A stretch of DNA of 64,000 bases from the NCBI GenBank assembly GCA_002269645.1, contig NIVC01000931.1, positions 83,470 through 147,469 of the forward strand, in the 5' to 3' direction. Source of the DNA: Macrostomum lignano. Lineage: Eukaryota. This document shows positions 25,901 to 62,922 of the stretch, piece after piece (positions within the stretch are counted from its first letter, which is position 1; the number at the start of each line of letters is the position of its first letter). Below the pieces are notes generated by a model. The model saw nothing but the letters and a program-made list of their open reading frames with translations, was not told the origin of the DNA and ran no database searches. Made by a program: the position numbers and the translations under genes.

Positions 25901-28900
25901 GTGGGTTCGATTCTCGATCCACTCAGAACAATAAGTGTCCTTGAGCAAGACACATACCTCAGCATTGCTTCAGTTCACCCAGCTGTAAAATGGGTGCCAG
26001 AACTAGCTGGGGTAATTGAGGGTGTGTGTGGCGACCCCCCCCCAGTCCTTGGACTGAACAGCCGTACGCAGCTTTCAGATGCGCCGCTCAATAGCTGCGG
26101 CTGAGCTGTCGGTTGCACATCTGGTCCAATTGGGACAGGTGTAATCGATTATTATTAACATTCACGGACTCCCACTCCAGAGAACACGACGTGGACCCCG
26201 GATACCCAACAGCCAACAACCACTGTGTCAGGCAGACCAAGGGCGGCTCATATAGGATTCTGGCACTCACCCTGCTGCATCAGGGAGCCAATGGTGAACC
26301 ACATGCTGTTCAGTGCACCAAACTGGTTTTCCACAACTGGCACGCAGTCATTGTGCGAGTACCACTCGTAGGGACTCAGCCTGGCGCACACTAGCATGAG
26401 CAGGCTGGTGAGCAGCCAGGCCAGCAGCATGCAGGTCCACACGCGACCGCTGAAGGGCAGCATGAACTGGAGCGGGTCGGTCTGCTGCTCCGGCTTCTTC
26501 ATGATCACGCTCAGGCCCAGGCTTGTGTACGGAGTGGTGAAGTCCACGACCTATTGATGGATTAGAGCCTCATTGCTTTAACGTGACTCAAATTTTGAGA
26601 ATGAGTGTAAGTAGCATGCTGTGCAGCTCTCACGCGCTCCCTGTCGTAGGTGATGACTAGAGAGGCCACGGCCACATCGGCTGTGCCGGCCATCAATTCG
26701 CCGACTGTTCCTGACCAAACCTGCTCATCTGAGTCGTTCTCAACCAGGCCGCCGAATTGCCCGTCTGAGCTGACTCGAATTGTGTAGCTGAAGCGGAATT
26801 TGTACCGATGGTCCAGTTACCAGATGATGGTTTGAATACGCCTGACTCACTGCAAGATGGTCAGGTGTTCAGAAACCGGCACAGAAGTTTTGAGACCCGA
26901 CCCAGCTCACATCTGCTACTCCATCACAGCGGGGTGACTCCCTCATAGTGGCTGCTTCAAGGGGTGACGCTCTAAACCATAAACACTGAGACACTAAAGG
27001 CACTAATACGCGCCCAGACTCACGTCAAATTGAGCACAGAAGCCACCCGCTTGAACAGCTCGATAGAGAAGCCGGTCCACCTGTCGTTGCCATACAATCG
27101 ATTTCCGTTGTCGTCGAAATCGCGCTCGAAGCTGAACGGCGGATCGATGACGGTGACCACCGTGAGGTTCAGCTCGTTCATGAACTCGCGAAAGTGCCGC
27201 TGATGCCGGTTGCTGGCTCCTGGGGCCATGACGAATCCCTTTTGCGCCGTCCAGGTGGCAAACTGAAGCGCGGTGAATGCATTCCAGCCTTCAGTCTTAT
27301 TTAATGAGTCTAATCGGCAGTGACAGTGATGAACTATCAAGCTAATGCTTCTCGCACATTTAAGCTTAGCGGTAAGTTCCACTAAATCAAGCAGTGCGGG
27401 CATACAAAAATAAAAATGTTGGTATTGATTTTCAGTTAAAATGCATTCAAGGTTCAGCATTTAGGGCGGTTTTTTTATTAGAAGCAGGGGGGTTGTGTGC
27501 ACCCTGGCGCATTTTAAGCGACATTGGCACACAACCAGCGAGAGGCATTACTGCCCATTCCGCCGACTCCCCTGAGCAGGCACACAAGCGCGCGGATACA
27601 TACGCAGGCACACACTCACACAGGAGTGTACAGCGGCCCTAACTTTATATTATAGTTAGGCATGTACACTTCACTGCGCCTTGGGGGGGTGGCTCTCAAG
27701 GCCGTTAATTTCACGAGCAGAGCCAAGCCGAGATTCCAATTTAGTCCCAAATTAATGTGACTGCACTGGGAATCGAGCCTGGGCCGCTGGCACATCAGAC
27801 CACTGGGCTACGGCCTCCCCCTTCGACACGATGCAAGATGTCTTTGTTCAGAAGCAAGAATTGTCTGTTATTCTTGGTTCTTTTAGTCCCCCAACCAATG
27901 ACTTGTGCGCGCATTTATCATCGCTGAGTAAAAAAGCATTCAATAGCTACGGCTCGTACTTTAAGTAGTTTAAAACAGACGATCCAAGCAAACAAGCTGT
28001 AAATATATTATCTTTCTCTACTGAGCAGCTTATTCACCATGCAAAAATGCGAAATTAATTTACTGTGTGGATAATTGAAATGTTATTTAGCGGTTGCTGA
28101 AAAATAAAGTCATGCAATCTAAGCTAAATCAAAGTGACTGCTGCGCCAAAGCAGATTAGCGATAGGCAAGATTACATCGTTCATCTCCTTCAGGTTCTCT
28201 TTGGTCTGAAAGTTTTTGCAACAAAATATTGACGAGTATAGCAGTTAACCGTGGGTCGTGAAATTGGTGAGCCCTGCTGAACTGCTAGCTTACCTCGGGA
28301 TCCCGCTCCGTGTACATGTGGTACACGCTGAATGAGAAGTTGTACAACCGTTTTCCATCGATCATTACCGTGCCCACTTGCTGTTCGATTTGCTTCTGCA
28401 GGTTTTCAGATTGGAACAGGCAGCTGTTCGTTTGGTGTGCATCTTGGATTGGTGATTTTGTGACATTCGCTGTATCCACTGTTTATTCGCATCTCTAATC
28501 AGAATTCTACTTCAAAAGAGTTCAAACTTCTGCGGGTGACGTGAAGAGGCAACCTTTTTTTACCCTCGAACGATTAGGTCAACCCTCTATGACCCTTGAT
28601 AGGAGGTAAAGTCAACCCTCTATGACCCTTGATGGGGTAAGGTCAACCCTCTATGACCGTTGATAGGGGGTAAGGTCAACCCTCTATAAGGTCAACACTG
28701 CAAAACAGACACGCTGCAACTCGCCTCCAGCAGTTGACGAAACTCCCCAGCGGCTGGGTGAACGCGGCCTCCTAGCGAGCCGCACCGCTCCCACGCGCCC
28801 GCCCGGTTCTTGAAGCCAGCTCGAAGCGCTCCGCCCGCCGATGCCCACCTGCTGAGCCAATAGGAGTGCGCCGCATTCATCAGCAACTCCAGCGCTGAAG

Positions 28901-31417
28901 TCTTGTTGCGCCTCTGTCGGTAGGAATGTTCCAGGCCGAAATAAAAAGACGCGATGCTCTTTCTCTCTACTGACAAAGAGGTAGCATAACTTGAATGCGA
29001 ATGCAATTAATTATGAAAAATATGAAATAATCGTTCAAAACGAAACGCTAGCTTGCTCCAATTGACTCAAAGTATTACCGCATTAACCTGATGATTCGTT
29101 GTGCGGACGCTCAGGTGGTAAAGCAGTCGATTAAATAATCATGAATGCATTTTCATATCATGTACTTTTTAAAATACTTTTTATACTCGTACACACAAAT
29201 TATAAATACACCTAAGTTGAAGCTTCTGTTGCACAAAGCCAGTGCAGGTTTCTTTAAAAACAGCCAAATAGAATGCTTTTTTTGAAGGCAAGCATCGATA
29301 AATACCACGTTACACGTAACAAAATTTTGCAATATTCACTAGAATAACTTCTAGTGGTCCTTGACTCAAAGGTGTAAACTTAACTAAGATTAGATGGAAT
29401 TGAGGCAGTGTCCGTCTCATTAGCTCACCTGACGAGGCTCGTCTCCAACAAATTCGACTCCATCAAACAGGTGCGAGGTGAAGTTCATGCCGGCCCAGAC
29501 TCTGCTAGCCATCTGCTCCTTGAAGAAGGTGCTGTTAATCTGCAGGAGGAAATGCGTTGAAAAAGGGCTACAGAAAAGCATTAAAGCTCGTTGAGAACAG
29601 ATTTGACGGACAGACAGTAAGCGAGAATTCGCGCAAACTATGAGAGTTGCTTTCGATATTGAGATGCTCGAGGCGTCAATCATCACTGTACCCTCACCTC
29701 CCGGATCAGAAGGAAGCTTCTAGCCAGCCCCTTCAAATTTGCTTCGCTAGCCTGAAATTGTCGCAAGATTGCATCGCGTTCTTTAACTCAATAGTGGATA
29801 AAACTAAAAACACTACTAATCTAATAGGAGAAAGTACCAGCTTTAGAAACTTGAGAATCTGGCTGTGCGGCATGTCCAGAATGAAATTGTTGATTGTGGA
29901 CAGTTTCAGTTGACGCAGCACGCTCTGTGTGCCGTGAGCATCGTCCAGGTCGAGGTGCCGAAACAGTACGGGGCCCATAGGATAGTTGAACACGCTGTGG
30001 ATGCTTTCCAGGTCTGGAGTTGGAAGGCGAGAGAGAAACTTAAACTCTGCACTGCTGACACAGAAAGTGCACAATGTCTCACTGTGAAAGTCGCAGTAGA
30101 GAACTACAAAATTGGTCCACATGGCCCAGGTGATGTACTCGTAAACCGATTGGCTGCGCAGCTCTGGTGCCGGGAAGAAGCGGATGGCGTTGTGCAGCCA
30201 GTCGTCGGGGACTCGTTCGCCCTCCAGTGCGTCCAGAAAGACGCAGGTGACGTTGAAGGCGAGGCAGAAGCTGTTCAGGGCCGGGTGAAATCCGGAGCTC
30301 GACGCAGCCAGCAGGTGAGCGTCGGGTGGCAGCGACGACACAGCTCTGCAGACTGGGAGAGTCAGGCACACTGCTCAGCATCAAACAGCTCTGCAGACTG
30401 GGAGAGTCAGGCACACTGCTCAGCATCAAACAGCTCTGCAGACTGGGAGAGTCAGGCACACTGCTCAGCATCAAACAGCTCTGCAGACTGGGAGAGTCAG
30501 GCACACTGCTCAGCATCAAACAGCTCTGCAGACTGGGAGAGTCAGGCACACTGCTCAGCATCAAACAGCTCTGCAGACTGGGAGAGTCAGGCACACTGCT
30601 CAGCATCAAACAGCCCTGCAGACTGGTAGAGTCAGGCACACTGCTCAGCATCAAACAGCCCTGCAGACTGGGAGAGTCAGGCACACTGCTCAGCATCAAA
30701 CAGCTCTGCAGACTGGGAGAGTCAGGCACACTGCTCAGCATCAAACAGCTCTGCAGACTGGGAGAATCAGGCACACTGCTCAGCATCAAACAGCTCTGCA
30801 GACTGGGACAGCACGAGTAGCTGCTAACACAGAAAAGTACATTCAGCGTGTCCGAGTCAGCTGAATCACTCACTGGCCTCTCTGGCTTTCTCTTCATCAG
30901 CCGGCAGAGTCTCCATAGTGTCGGCTGGTGGGCCCACCGGGCCCGCCGGACCCCCTGCGGGAAGGGGCGGAAGCGACGCTCTGGCGTGGGATGCGGATGG
31001 GTGAAATAAAAAGATCTGCCCCCCCCCCCCAATTTCCCTAAAAGCAGAAGCGACGCTGGGGCTGCAGTTTCTGCTTGAATTTATGAATTTCTAATTGCAG
31101 TGCAGCAGCCGGCTGGTGCATTGAGAATCTCAATAATTTATTGCCTTGTTTATGCTTTGAAAAGATTTTCGATGGACAGCTAAACCTGTTGCTTCCATTT
31201 CTGATTAGCCTTTCACTTGCTAGCGGCTCTCCATCCTTTCCAGCTTTGACTTTCTGCGACAAACAAAAACCAGAGCAAAAACTTTGGCAGCCGAGCGCTC
31301 ACACGCGTGCGGCCTCCATGCAACTCTGCCGGTGGCATCCGACACTTCGCTTCCAGCGACTCCCGGTAGCAGCAACGGTGACAGCAGAAGCAGAAATTTA
31401 AGTGCGCGCAGAAACAT
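22924..31417 (-). CDS. Ionotropic glutamate receptor family subunit (non-NMDA, kainate/AMPA-like architecture), 15 exons, ~910 aa: 31303-31417, 30874-30954, 30083-30352, 29838-30013, 29698-29751, 29429-29539, 28725-28913, 28294-28395, 27024-27262, 26634-26787, 26271-26550, 25332-25546, 24987-25221, 23739-24010, 22924-23163
   Basis: Signal peptide [19 protein letters not shown]; S1 [35 protein letters not shown]; M1 PFSGRVW; M2 [11 protein letters not shown]; M3 [11 protein letters not shown]; S2 YAYILEST; M4 GGVF; C-tail [12 protein letters not shown]. Phases are consistent over 2733 nt. The first three exons and the GC donor at 28724 are less certain. Confidence 0.88.
23290..23670. repeat. 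17-bp array (ATGGAATCCAGGTGATG) in the last iGluR intron
   Basis: Near-perfect tandem copies. Confidence 0.95.
24089..24980. repeat. 13-bp array (GGGATCGGGATCT) starting directly after an iGluR donor site
   Basis: The minus-strand GTGAGT at 24981-24986 is immediately followed by the array. Confidence 0.96.
25860..26100 (+). mobile_element. tRNA-derived CORE-type SINE in an iGluR intron
   Basis: B-box-like GGGTTCGATTCTC (~25903) followed by GTGTCCTTGAGCAAGACAC..CTTCAGTTCACCCAGCTGTAAAATGGG, resembling the CORE domain of MIR-like SINEs. Confidence 0.65.
27482..27820 (-). mobile_element. tRNA-headed SINE, same family as 62568-62922
   Basis: High similarity by eye to 62568-62922; minus-strand head GGCCGTAGCCCAGTGG..GGCTCGATTCC (A/B boxes). 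Confidence 0.75.
28575..28697. repeat. Short ~31-bp tandem (GGTCAACCCTCTATGACCCTTGATAGG..) x4
   Basis: Direct reading. Confidence 0.8.
30341..30808. repeat. 45-bp array whose unit contains the 3' splice site of iGluR exon 3
   Basis: Minus-strand unit TTTGATGCTGAGCAGTGTGCCTGACTCTCCCAG|TCTGCAGAGCTG; the last copy runs into coding sequence. Confidence 0.9.
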
Positions 31418-31574
31418 GAGTGTTGGAGTTGGGCGCAGGTCACAGCGGATGGCCCCGCACTTGTGCATACCGAATCTCTAGGGAATATGGAGAAAGTCAC
31501 TTTCTGCGATAATTTCTGGTTTACAACTCAGCCGATTTCTGCTTCATCAGCTCTGTAGAGACAGAGAGACAAAC

Positions 31575-32585
<1,011 letters not shown>

Positions 32586-33411
32586 AGATAGGCAAACAGT
32601 CAAGGAGACAATGGCAATCGAGAAGCAAACCAAGCGGGAGCCATTTACCAATTCCCTGCTCGATTGTGCGTTCGTCACCAGCTGATGCACTCGTATCTGC
32701 AAACTGGGCTTCAAGCTGCAGCAGCTCCAGCCAGCTTCCGCCGGTTATGCAGAAGCACTTTTTTATTTTTCTACTTTCCCATTTCAAGAGTCTCGCGCAG
32801 TCATTGGCTGTCAGTTCTGCCACCCGTTTCTCTCTCTGCCTTTCCAGACTATTTTTCTGTCACTCTCAAACTCGCTTCGCGATCACTATTGAGGCTGAGG
32901 CTCACATGTCTGCTCCGGGAGTGCCCGGCGAGGCAGCTGCGATGGATGAAGCTGCATGGGCTGCTTTAGTGCGATGGCGGGTGGATCCGACCGTGATGCA
33001 GTCAGCCGTGAGGCTGGTTTTCCCAGTCGGATAGGGAGCCCAGCGACTTGTCAGACTATTAAATGGTGCATTTTTCGTCAAACGCAGCTGAGTTCACTTT
33101 GGGAGATTGTATTTTGCTGAGCAGTGAAGGGACCTTCTGACCCTCTTACTCACACATCCCGCTGGTTGGCAGTTTTATCTCCAACGCTCATTAATAGAGA
33201 GCCGGCTGCACAGCCCCGAGGGGAGGCAGTTCTTTATGGACTTTTCTCTATTTGAACCTACTCAGTTTGCATTCCGTATATGACCCACTATAACCTCAAT
33301 AATATTGATGGTTCCAGGCCCTATGAGCACTTACACGCGCAGATATAATGAATACAATGAGAGGAAACATTCCGTTGCCTGGTAAATTGGTAGATCGACT
33401 GAGGTAGCAAC

Positions 33412-34740
33412 TACGTCTCTGAAGTGTCGCTTGATGAGTGAAGTTGTTTGGTCTCTGAAGTGTCGCTTGATGTGTGAAGTTGTTTGGTCTCTGAAGTGTC
33501 GCTTGATGAGTGAAGTTGTTTGGTCTCTGAAATTTCGCTTGATGAGTGAAGTTGTTTGGTCTCTGAAGTGTCGCTTGATGTGTGAATTTATTTGGTCTCT
33601 GAAATTTCGCTTGATGAGTGAAGTTGTTTGGTCTCTGAAATTTCGCTTGATGAGTGAAGTTGTTTGGTCTCTGAAGTGTCGCTTGATGAGTGAAGTTGTT
33701 TGGTCTCTGAAGTGTCGCTTGATGAGTGAAGTTGTTTGGTCTCTGAAGTGTCGCTTGATGAGTGAAGTTGTTTGGTCTCTGAAGTGTCGCTTGATGAGTG
33801 AAGTTGTTTGGTTTCTGAAGTGTCGCTTGATGTGTGAAGTTGTTTGGTCTCTGTAGTGTCGCTTGATGAGTGAAGTTATTTGGTCTCTGTAGTGTCGCTT
33901 GATGAGTGAAGTTGTTTGATTTCTGAAGTGTCGTTTGATGAGTGAAGTTGTTTGGTCTCTGTAGTGTCGCTTGATGAGTGAAGTTATTTGGTCTCTGTAG
34001 TGTCGCTTGAGGAGTGAAGTTGTTTGATTTCTGTAGTGTCGCTTGATGAGTGAAGTTGTTTGGTCTCTGTAGTGTCGCTTGATGAGTGAAGTTATTTGGT
34101 CTCTGTAGTGTCGCTTGATGTGTGAAGTTGTTTGGTCTCTGTAGTGTCGCTTGATGAGTGAAGTTATTTGGTCTCTGTAGTGTCGCTTGAGGAGTGAAGT
34201 TGTTTGATTTCTGAAGTGTCGCTTGATGAGTGAAGTTGTTTGGTCTCTGTAGTGTCGCTTGATGAGTGAAGTTATTTGGTCTCTGTAGTGTCGCTTGATG
34301 AGTGAAGTTGTTTGGTCTCTGTAGTGTCGCTTGATGAGTGAAGTTATTTGGTCTCTGTAGTGTCGCTTGATGAGTGAAGTTATTTGGTCTCTGTAGTGTC
34401 GCTTGATGAGTGAAGTTGTTTGGTCTCTGTAGTGTCGCTTGATGAGTGAAGTTGTTTGGTCTCTGTAGTGTCGCTTGATGAGTGAAGTTATTTGGTCTCT
34501 GTAGTGTCGCTTGATGAGTGAAGTTATTTGGTCTCTGTAGTGTCGCTTGATGAGTGAAGTTGTTTGGTCTCTGTAGTGTCGCTTGATGAGTGAAGTTGTT
34601 TGGTCTCTGTAGTGTCGCTTGATGAGTGAAGTTATTTGGTCTCTGTAGTGTCGCTTGATGAGTGAAGTTGTTTGGTCTCTGTAGTGTCGCTTGATGAGTG
34701 AAGTTATTTGGTCTCTGAAGTGTCGCTTGATGAGGTCAAC
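33412..34740. repeat. 36-bp array (TTGATGAGTGAAGTTGTTTGGTCTCTGTAGTGTCGC)
   Basis: Direct reading; the 12-aa periodic ORF (SLIKRHYRDQTT) matches the unit. Confidence 0.94.
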
Positions 34741-35338
34741 GAGTGAATCTCTGAAGTTTTGCTTGATGAGGGTGGAAACCGATTTAATGTTAAACGGGTT
34801 TTTAGTCGGATTCGGGATGTACGCTCGTAAGAGTGAAAGCTTGAATGAAAAATGAAGCAATAAATCATGACATAGCACAGTACTGCGGCATATAGTTTTG
34901 GGATAATGAAATAAAATCTAATTACTTCTATCTATTTATCCAACTCGCATGTTTTTGCATAAGGCGCAGAGACAATAGGTAAAAATTATTAGGTTATAAA
35001 TCAAAATGAACTTTTCTCGTTCACTCCTTCAGAAATTGGGGTTATTTGAGGTAATGGTTGAAATCTACAGTGCGTTATTATTAAGGCGTCCAACCCTCCG
35101 TCCGAGTGCCCTGGTTCGATTTCGTTATATTATTCCCGGTTGACGCTCGAAATCTTGAGGCTGGTGTGATCTACCCTAAACTGCCACCATCAATGTGTCA
35201 GACATTGTGACATGCATTAATTACAAGAATAGAGAACTGCATGTATAAAAAATTCAGAACTGTAGTGCTTTAAGTTTGATGTAATCGATGCTAAAAAGGG
35301 TGCTTCATCACGATCGCTATGCGGGACTGCGGACAAGT

Positions 35339-48541
<13,203 letters not shown>

Positions 48542-48784
48542 TTGTTAGTCGATTCTCACAGTGCAGTTGAATTTTAGCTCGTAAATTGTTGATTCCAGCT
48601 TGTTTCAAAGCACCTTCATCCTGTTTTTATTAGCATTCATCTGCTTTCGGTCTGCCTCATTGGCTAACGGAAAATTTTGCCGTGTCTCCAATAGGCCGGA
48701 TTCTTGAGGTGCGCCCTCGTCTCCGACTGAGGGAAGGAAGTCATTTGTACAGAGAGAAACTAATCGAGGGAGACGGGGACAGAT

Positions 48785-49085
48785 GCGGAGAGGGGGATAG
48801 AGGAGGGTGTAAATGGGATAGAGGAGGGTGTAGATTGGATATAAGAGGGTGTAAATGGGATAGAGGAGGGTGTAGATTGGATAGAGGAGGGTGTAGATTG
48901 GATAGAGGAGGGTGTAGATTGGATAGAGGAGGGTGTAGATTGGATAGAGGAGGGTGTAGATTGGATAGATGAGAGTGTAAATGGGATAGAGGAGGGTGCA
49001 GATTGGAGCCACTGAGGATCTGGGAGGTAGAGAAGGTTGTAATTGGGATAGAGGAGGGTGTAGATGGGATAGAAGAGGGTGAATA
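48785..49085. repeat. 21-bp array (GGATAGAGGAGGGTGTAGATT) between the divergent Best-A and lipase starts
   Basis: Direct reading. Confidence 0.9.
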
Positions 49086-49643
49086 GAGCACACTAAGAGG
49101 CTGCGTAATAAGCAGAAAAGTTTGGCAAAGGGCCATGGCTAGCCCTGAGCACATAACTCAATACAGTTGAATTAATATTGTCCCACAGATACAACCCCAT
49201 TGCAGCACCATTGAAAACCCAGGGAAATTCTCTCTCGCAGGCATAAGAAAAGATTTTCTAGACTCACGTGCGACAATCACTGCGTGGGACCCGGTGCATT
49301 TTTGCAATCTATTCAACAATCAATATGTCCACATAATTAATTGTTGCGATAATGCAAAACTGCTCAATTTTAATCCCAACTTGTTCACCTGCAAATCGCA
49401 CCATAGAAACACGGGAGAAGGAAGTTAGCACTATTTTTTATTTTAATTTATTGTCCCAATCTGACTGTCTGCTTTACCAGTCTGGGAACAGATACAGGTG
49501 ACACGCACTGTGCCAGCCTGATAAAGCTCTCTTCAAATAGTGCTACTTCTCCGGCGAGACCATTGTTCGCGCTAAACGTATTGAGTTACCTTTAAGTTTA
49601 GTTAGGCTACTTTATTTCAAGGTGCGATTTCACCTATTTCAGC

Positions 49644-53521
<3,878 letters not shown>

Positions 53522-54810
53522 AAACAATGTGCACACTAATTAGAGAGCTGAGCTCGCGCACTGACTCCGAACACCGCGCGATGTCGCTTTTCTCTTTTTC
53601 TTGTGTATTTTGCGTTTTGTGTACAACAACTATAAATATATGCAAATATCAGCTATTAGGCTTCTACAAGAAAGCCACTACTTACAGGCTAGCAAACCAG
53701 TGAGCACATGAACGTGTGAACGTGTAAATTTATTAATGAATAAACCCACGAACGTGTGAACACGTGTGAACCTGAGTTAGTGAACCGAGATATCGTGAAC
53801 CATTGAAACTGTGAACCTTGCTTGCTTGAAATTCTTAAGCCTCATAATTAAGCGCACTAACCAGCCGAGTCAAGAACTCAATTGAAAATGGCTGTCTAAA
53901 CTTAAAGAAAACAAACCCCGCGGTTACTGGCCTGACCTGGTCGTGCGCCACCCCGCCATGGACAGACGGAGTACGCGTGGACGGAATACCTCAGTGTCAG
54001 GGGTTGGTGCTTGAGGACTGCTGCGTCGCGGCCGCAGCCACACTCTACTCCTGGCATTGTCCTGGCATTGCAACCCTAATGCACTCCTCTCCAGAAATTC
54101 ACTGCATTGGCTATTAGAAGCATTTTAGAAACGCAGCAGTTTGAAAGAAACCACCCCAGTCATGCTCAACTTCTGTGGCACTAGCTGTGAATTTTAAGTT
54201 GGCAGCTGTTTACATGCAGATACAGAAGCAGAAAACACCCGTACTACAGGTGAGTAGTACTTGTACAATGCGGCCCGTTCCTCTGGTATCGAAAACTAGT
54301 AAGACTTATATTAACCCTCGAATAATCTCATGGGAATTTAGTAATAAAGGTGGGTTACTCCAAAGCAAATTAGATGAACGTCTCAGAGCAGCTCGCAACA
54401 TAGCTTGAGTGGGGAGACCCCCGCTATAATGAGCTGAGCTTCCATTGGCCCAAGCAGTTGTGCACGGGGGGTATTGCAAAACTCGACGCTGCGTTAGTCA
54501 GGGAATGAGATTGGAGAGCGAGTACACTCAGCCTGGAGTTCGAGAGTCTTCTTCTACGACTGGTTGGGTGTCCTAATAAAGCTGGGGCGTGTTGGACTGA
54601 GAGAGATTGTGTGCTCAAGCGGGTCGCATTGCAGCGAGAAAGCGGTAGAAGAGAGAAATAGTGAGTGAACGAAGAGCCGAGCCGAGCCGAGCCCTAAGAC
54701 TTCCGTCCAACAAAAGCAGCTGGGACTCGCTCGGGCTGCCTCTCTAAAAGAATTATTGCCCCAAGCAGAGGCCGGAAGAGAAAGCGCCCCACCTGCCCGA
54801 CTTCGCAGAG

Positions 54811-61551
<6,741 letters not shown>

Positions 61552-62567
61552 AGCAGCGACAACCGAACAACCTGACGGTTGAAATGCATTGCAGAGGATG
61601 GGGCAAAATTTTGATTTGTGCCGCATCCGAGCTGCGTCTCTTCCACTGACTTCATTGCATGTCGGACGCGCGATTCTAATAGTGTTTCTAACATATTGTT
61701 CCATTTAGTAAAGCTTACACAAATTATAGTTTATGCTTTGTTATCGCTTAATCCTCGCTTCCACTACAAGACGCGCTTCTAAGCATGACGGTGCAACTCT
61801 TGATTCTCAAAATTCTGCATAAACTCTCAGAAACTTTGCTTGCACTGCCTGACTTCCAACCAGCAGATGAAGTTTGTACGCCTTCAATCAGAGGCTGGTT
61901 TGAGGCTGTACGGAAAGAACTGAAAAGTCTTGCTGCCTGACCTTTGCTCGATAGTTTGTGCCCTTCGACCCAACGGATCCCGTTTAATGTCTGGTTTTTA
62001 CATAGATCGCTCTGTGCTGCTGTGTACACTACTATAACTATTGCAGTAAGCGTCTCAAAAATGTACTTTTCGGCATGCGATCATGCCCAGCTATACAGCT
62101 AGCTTAGTGTGAAGTTTAAAACAGTTTAAAATATTTAGTGTAATGGCCGTTTGCGGGTGCACGCAAGAAATAAACTAAACATCCGATACTGCCTACTTAA
62201 ATCTTAAATTTAAAAAATTCAAGAAATATACAAACATGTATTCAAATCCTACAATGTGTTCAGGTTGTAAGTTGAAGTGAATTTCATTGCCGAAAGCTCA
62301 TCATACTACTTGGCTCTTTTTTTCTGTCTGCACGTGCCGCTCAGACAATATTATTGTTACCAAGATGATTCAAATATGGAAATTCAGCGTTTCAAAACGA
62401 AATTTGTTTAAAAATGCACTGCATGAGGAAGCATACACAAAGACTGCATGCACAGACAAAATATACAGACCGCATAATAAATAGCTACACAATTTGTCAA
62501 TGTGTAAACTAAGAAATAGTTAAGGTGTGTCCCAGCCTATGAGAGAACACATGAGCGTATTACCTTC

Positions 62568-62922
62568 TATTAGAGGCAGGGGGGTTGTGTGCACCCTGGC
62601 GCAATTTAAGCGTCATTGGCACACAACCGGCGAGAGGCATTACTGCCCATTCCGCCGACTTCCCTGAGCAGGCATACAAGCGCGCGGATACGTTACGCAG
62701 GCACACACTCACACAGGAGTGTACAGCGGCCCTAACTTTATTTATCGTTAGGCATGTACACTGCACTGCGCCTTGGGGGGTTGGCTCTCAAGGCCGTTAA
62801 TTGCACAAGCGAGCCAAGCCGAAATTCCAATTCAGCCCCAAATTAATGTGGCTGCACTTGGAATCGAGCCTGGGTCACGGCACACCAGAGCAGCTGCGCT
62901 ACCGCTGGGCTACGGCCCCCCT
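62568..62922 (-). mobile_element. Full-length tRNA-headed SINE with 12-bp TSD
   Basis: Minus-strand head GGGGCCGTAGCCCAGCGGTAG (A box)...GGCTCGATTCC (B box); TSD CGTATTACCTTC at 62556-62567 and 62923-62934. Confidence 0.85.

Noticed and set aside
25547-26270. Editing-complementary sequence for Q/R-site editing in the intron after QQG
   Set aside because: The intron position resembles vertebrate receptors, but I found no stretch complementary to the Q/R exon region by eye; RNA folding would be needed to exclude it fully.
32600-33060. GC-richer non-repetitive segment between the (GACA)n and 36-bp arrays as a coding exon
   Set aside because: No recognisable protein motif or phase-compatible partner exon; it could be an iGluR 5' UTR exon but this is unsupported.
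54410-54640. Possible solo LTR upstream of Best-B (contains AATAAA)
   Set aside because: No TG..CA ends, TSD, PBS or second copy could be identified; it may simply be promoter or 5' UTR.
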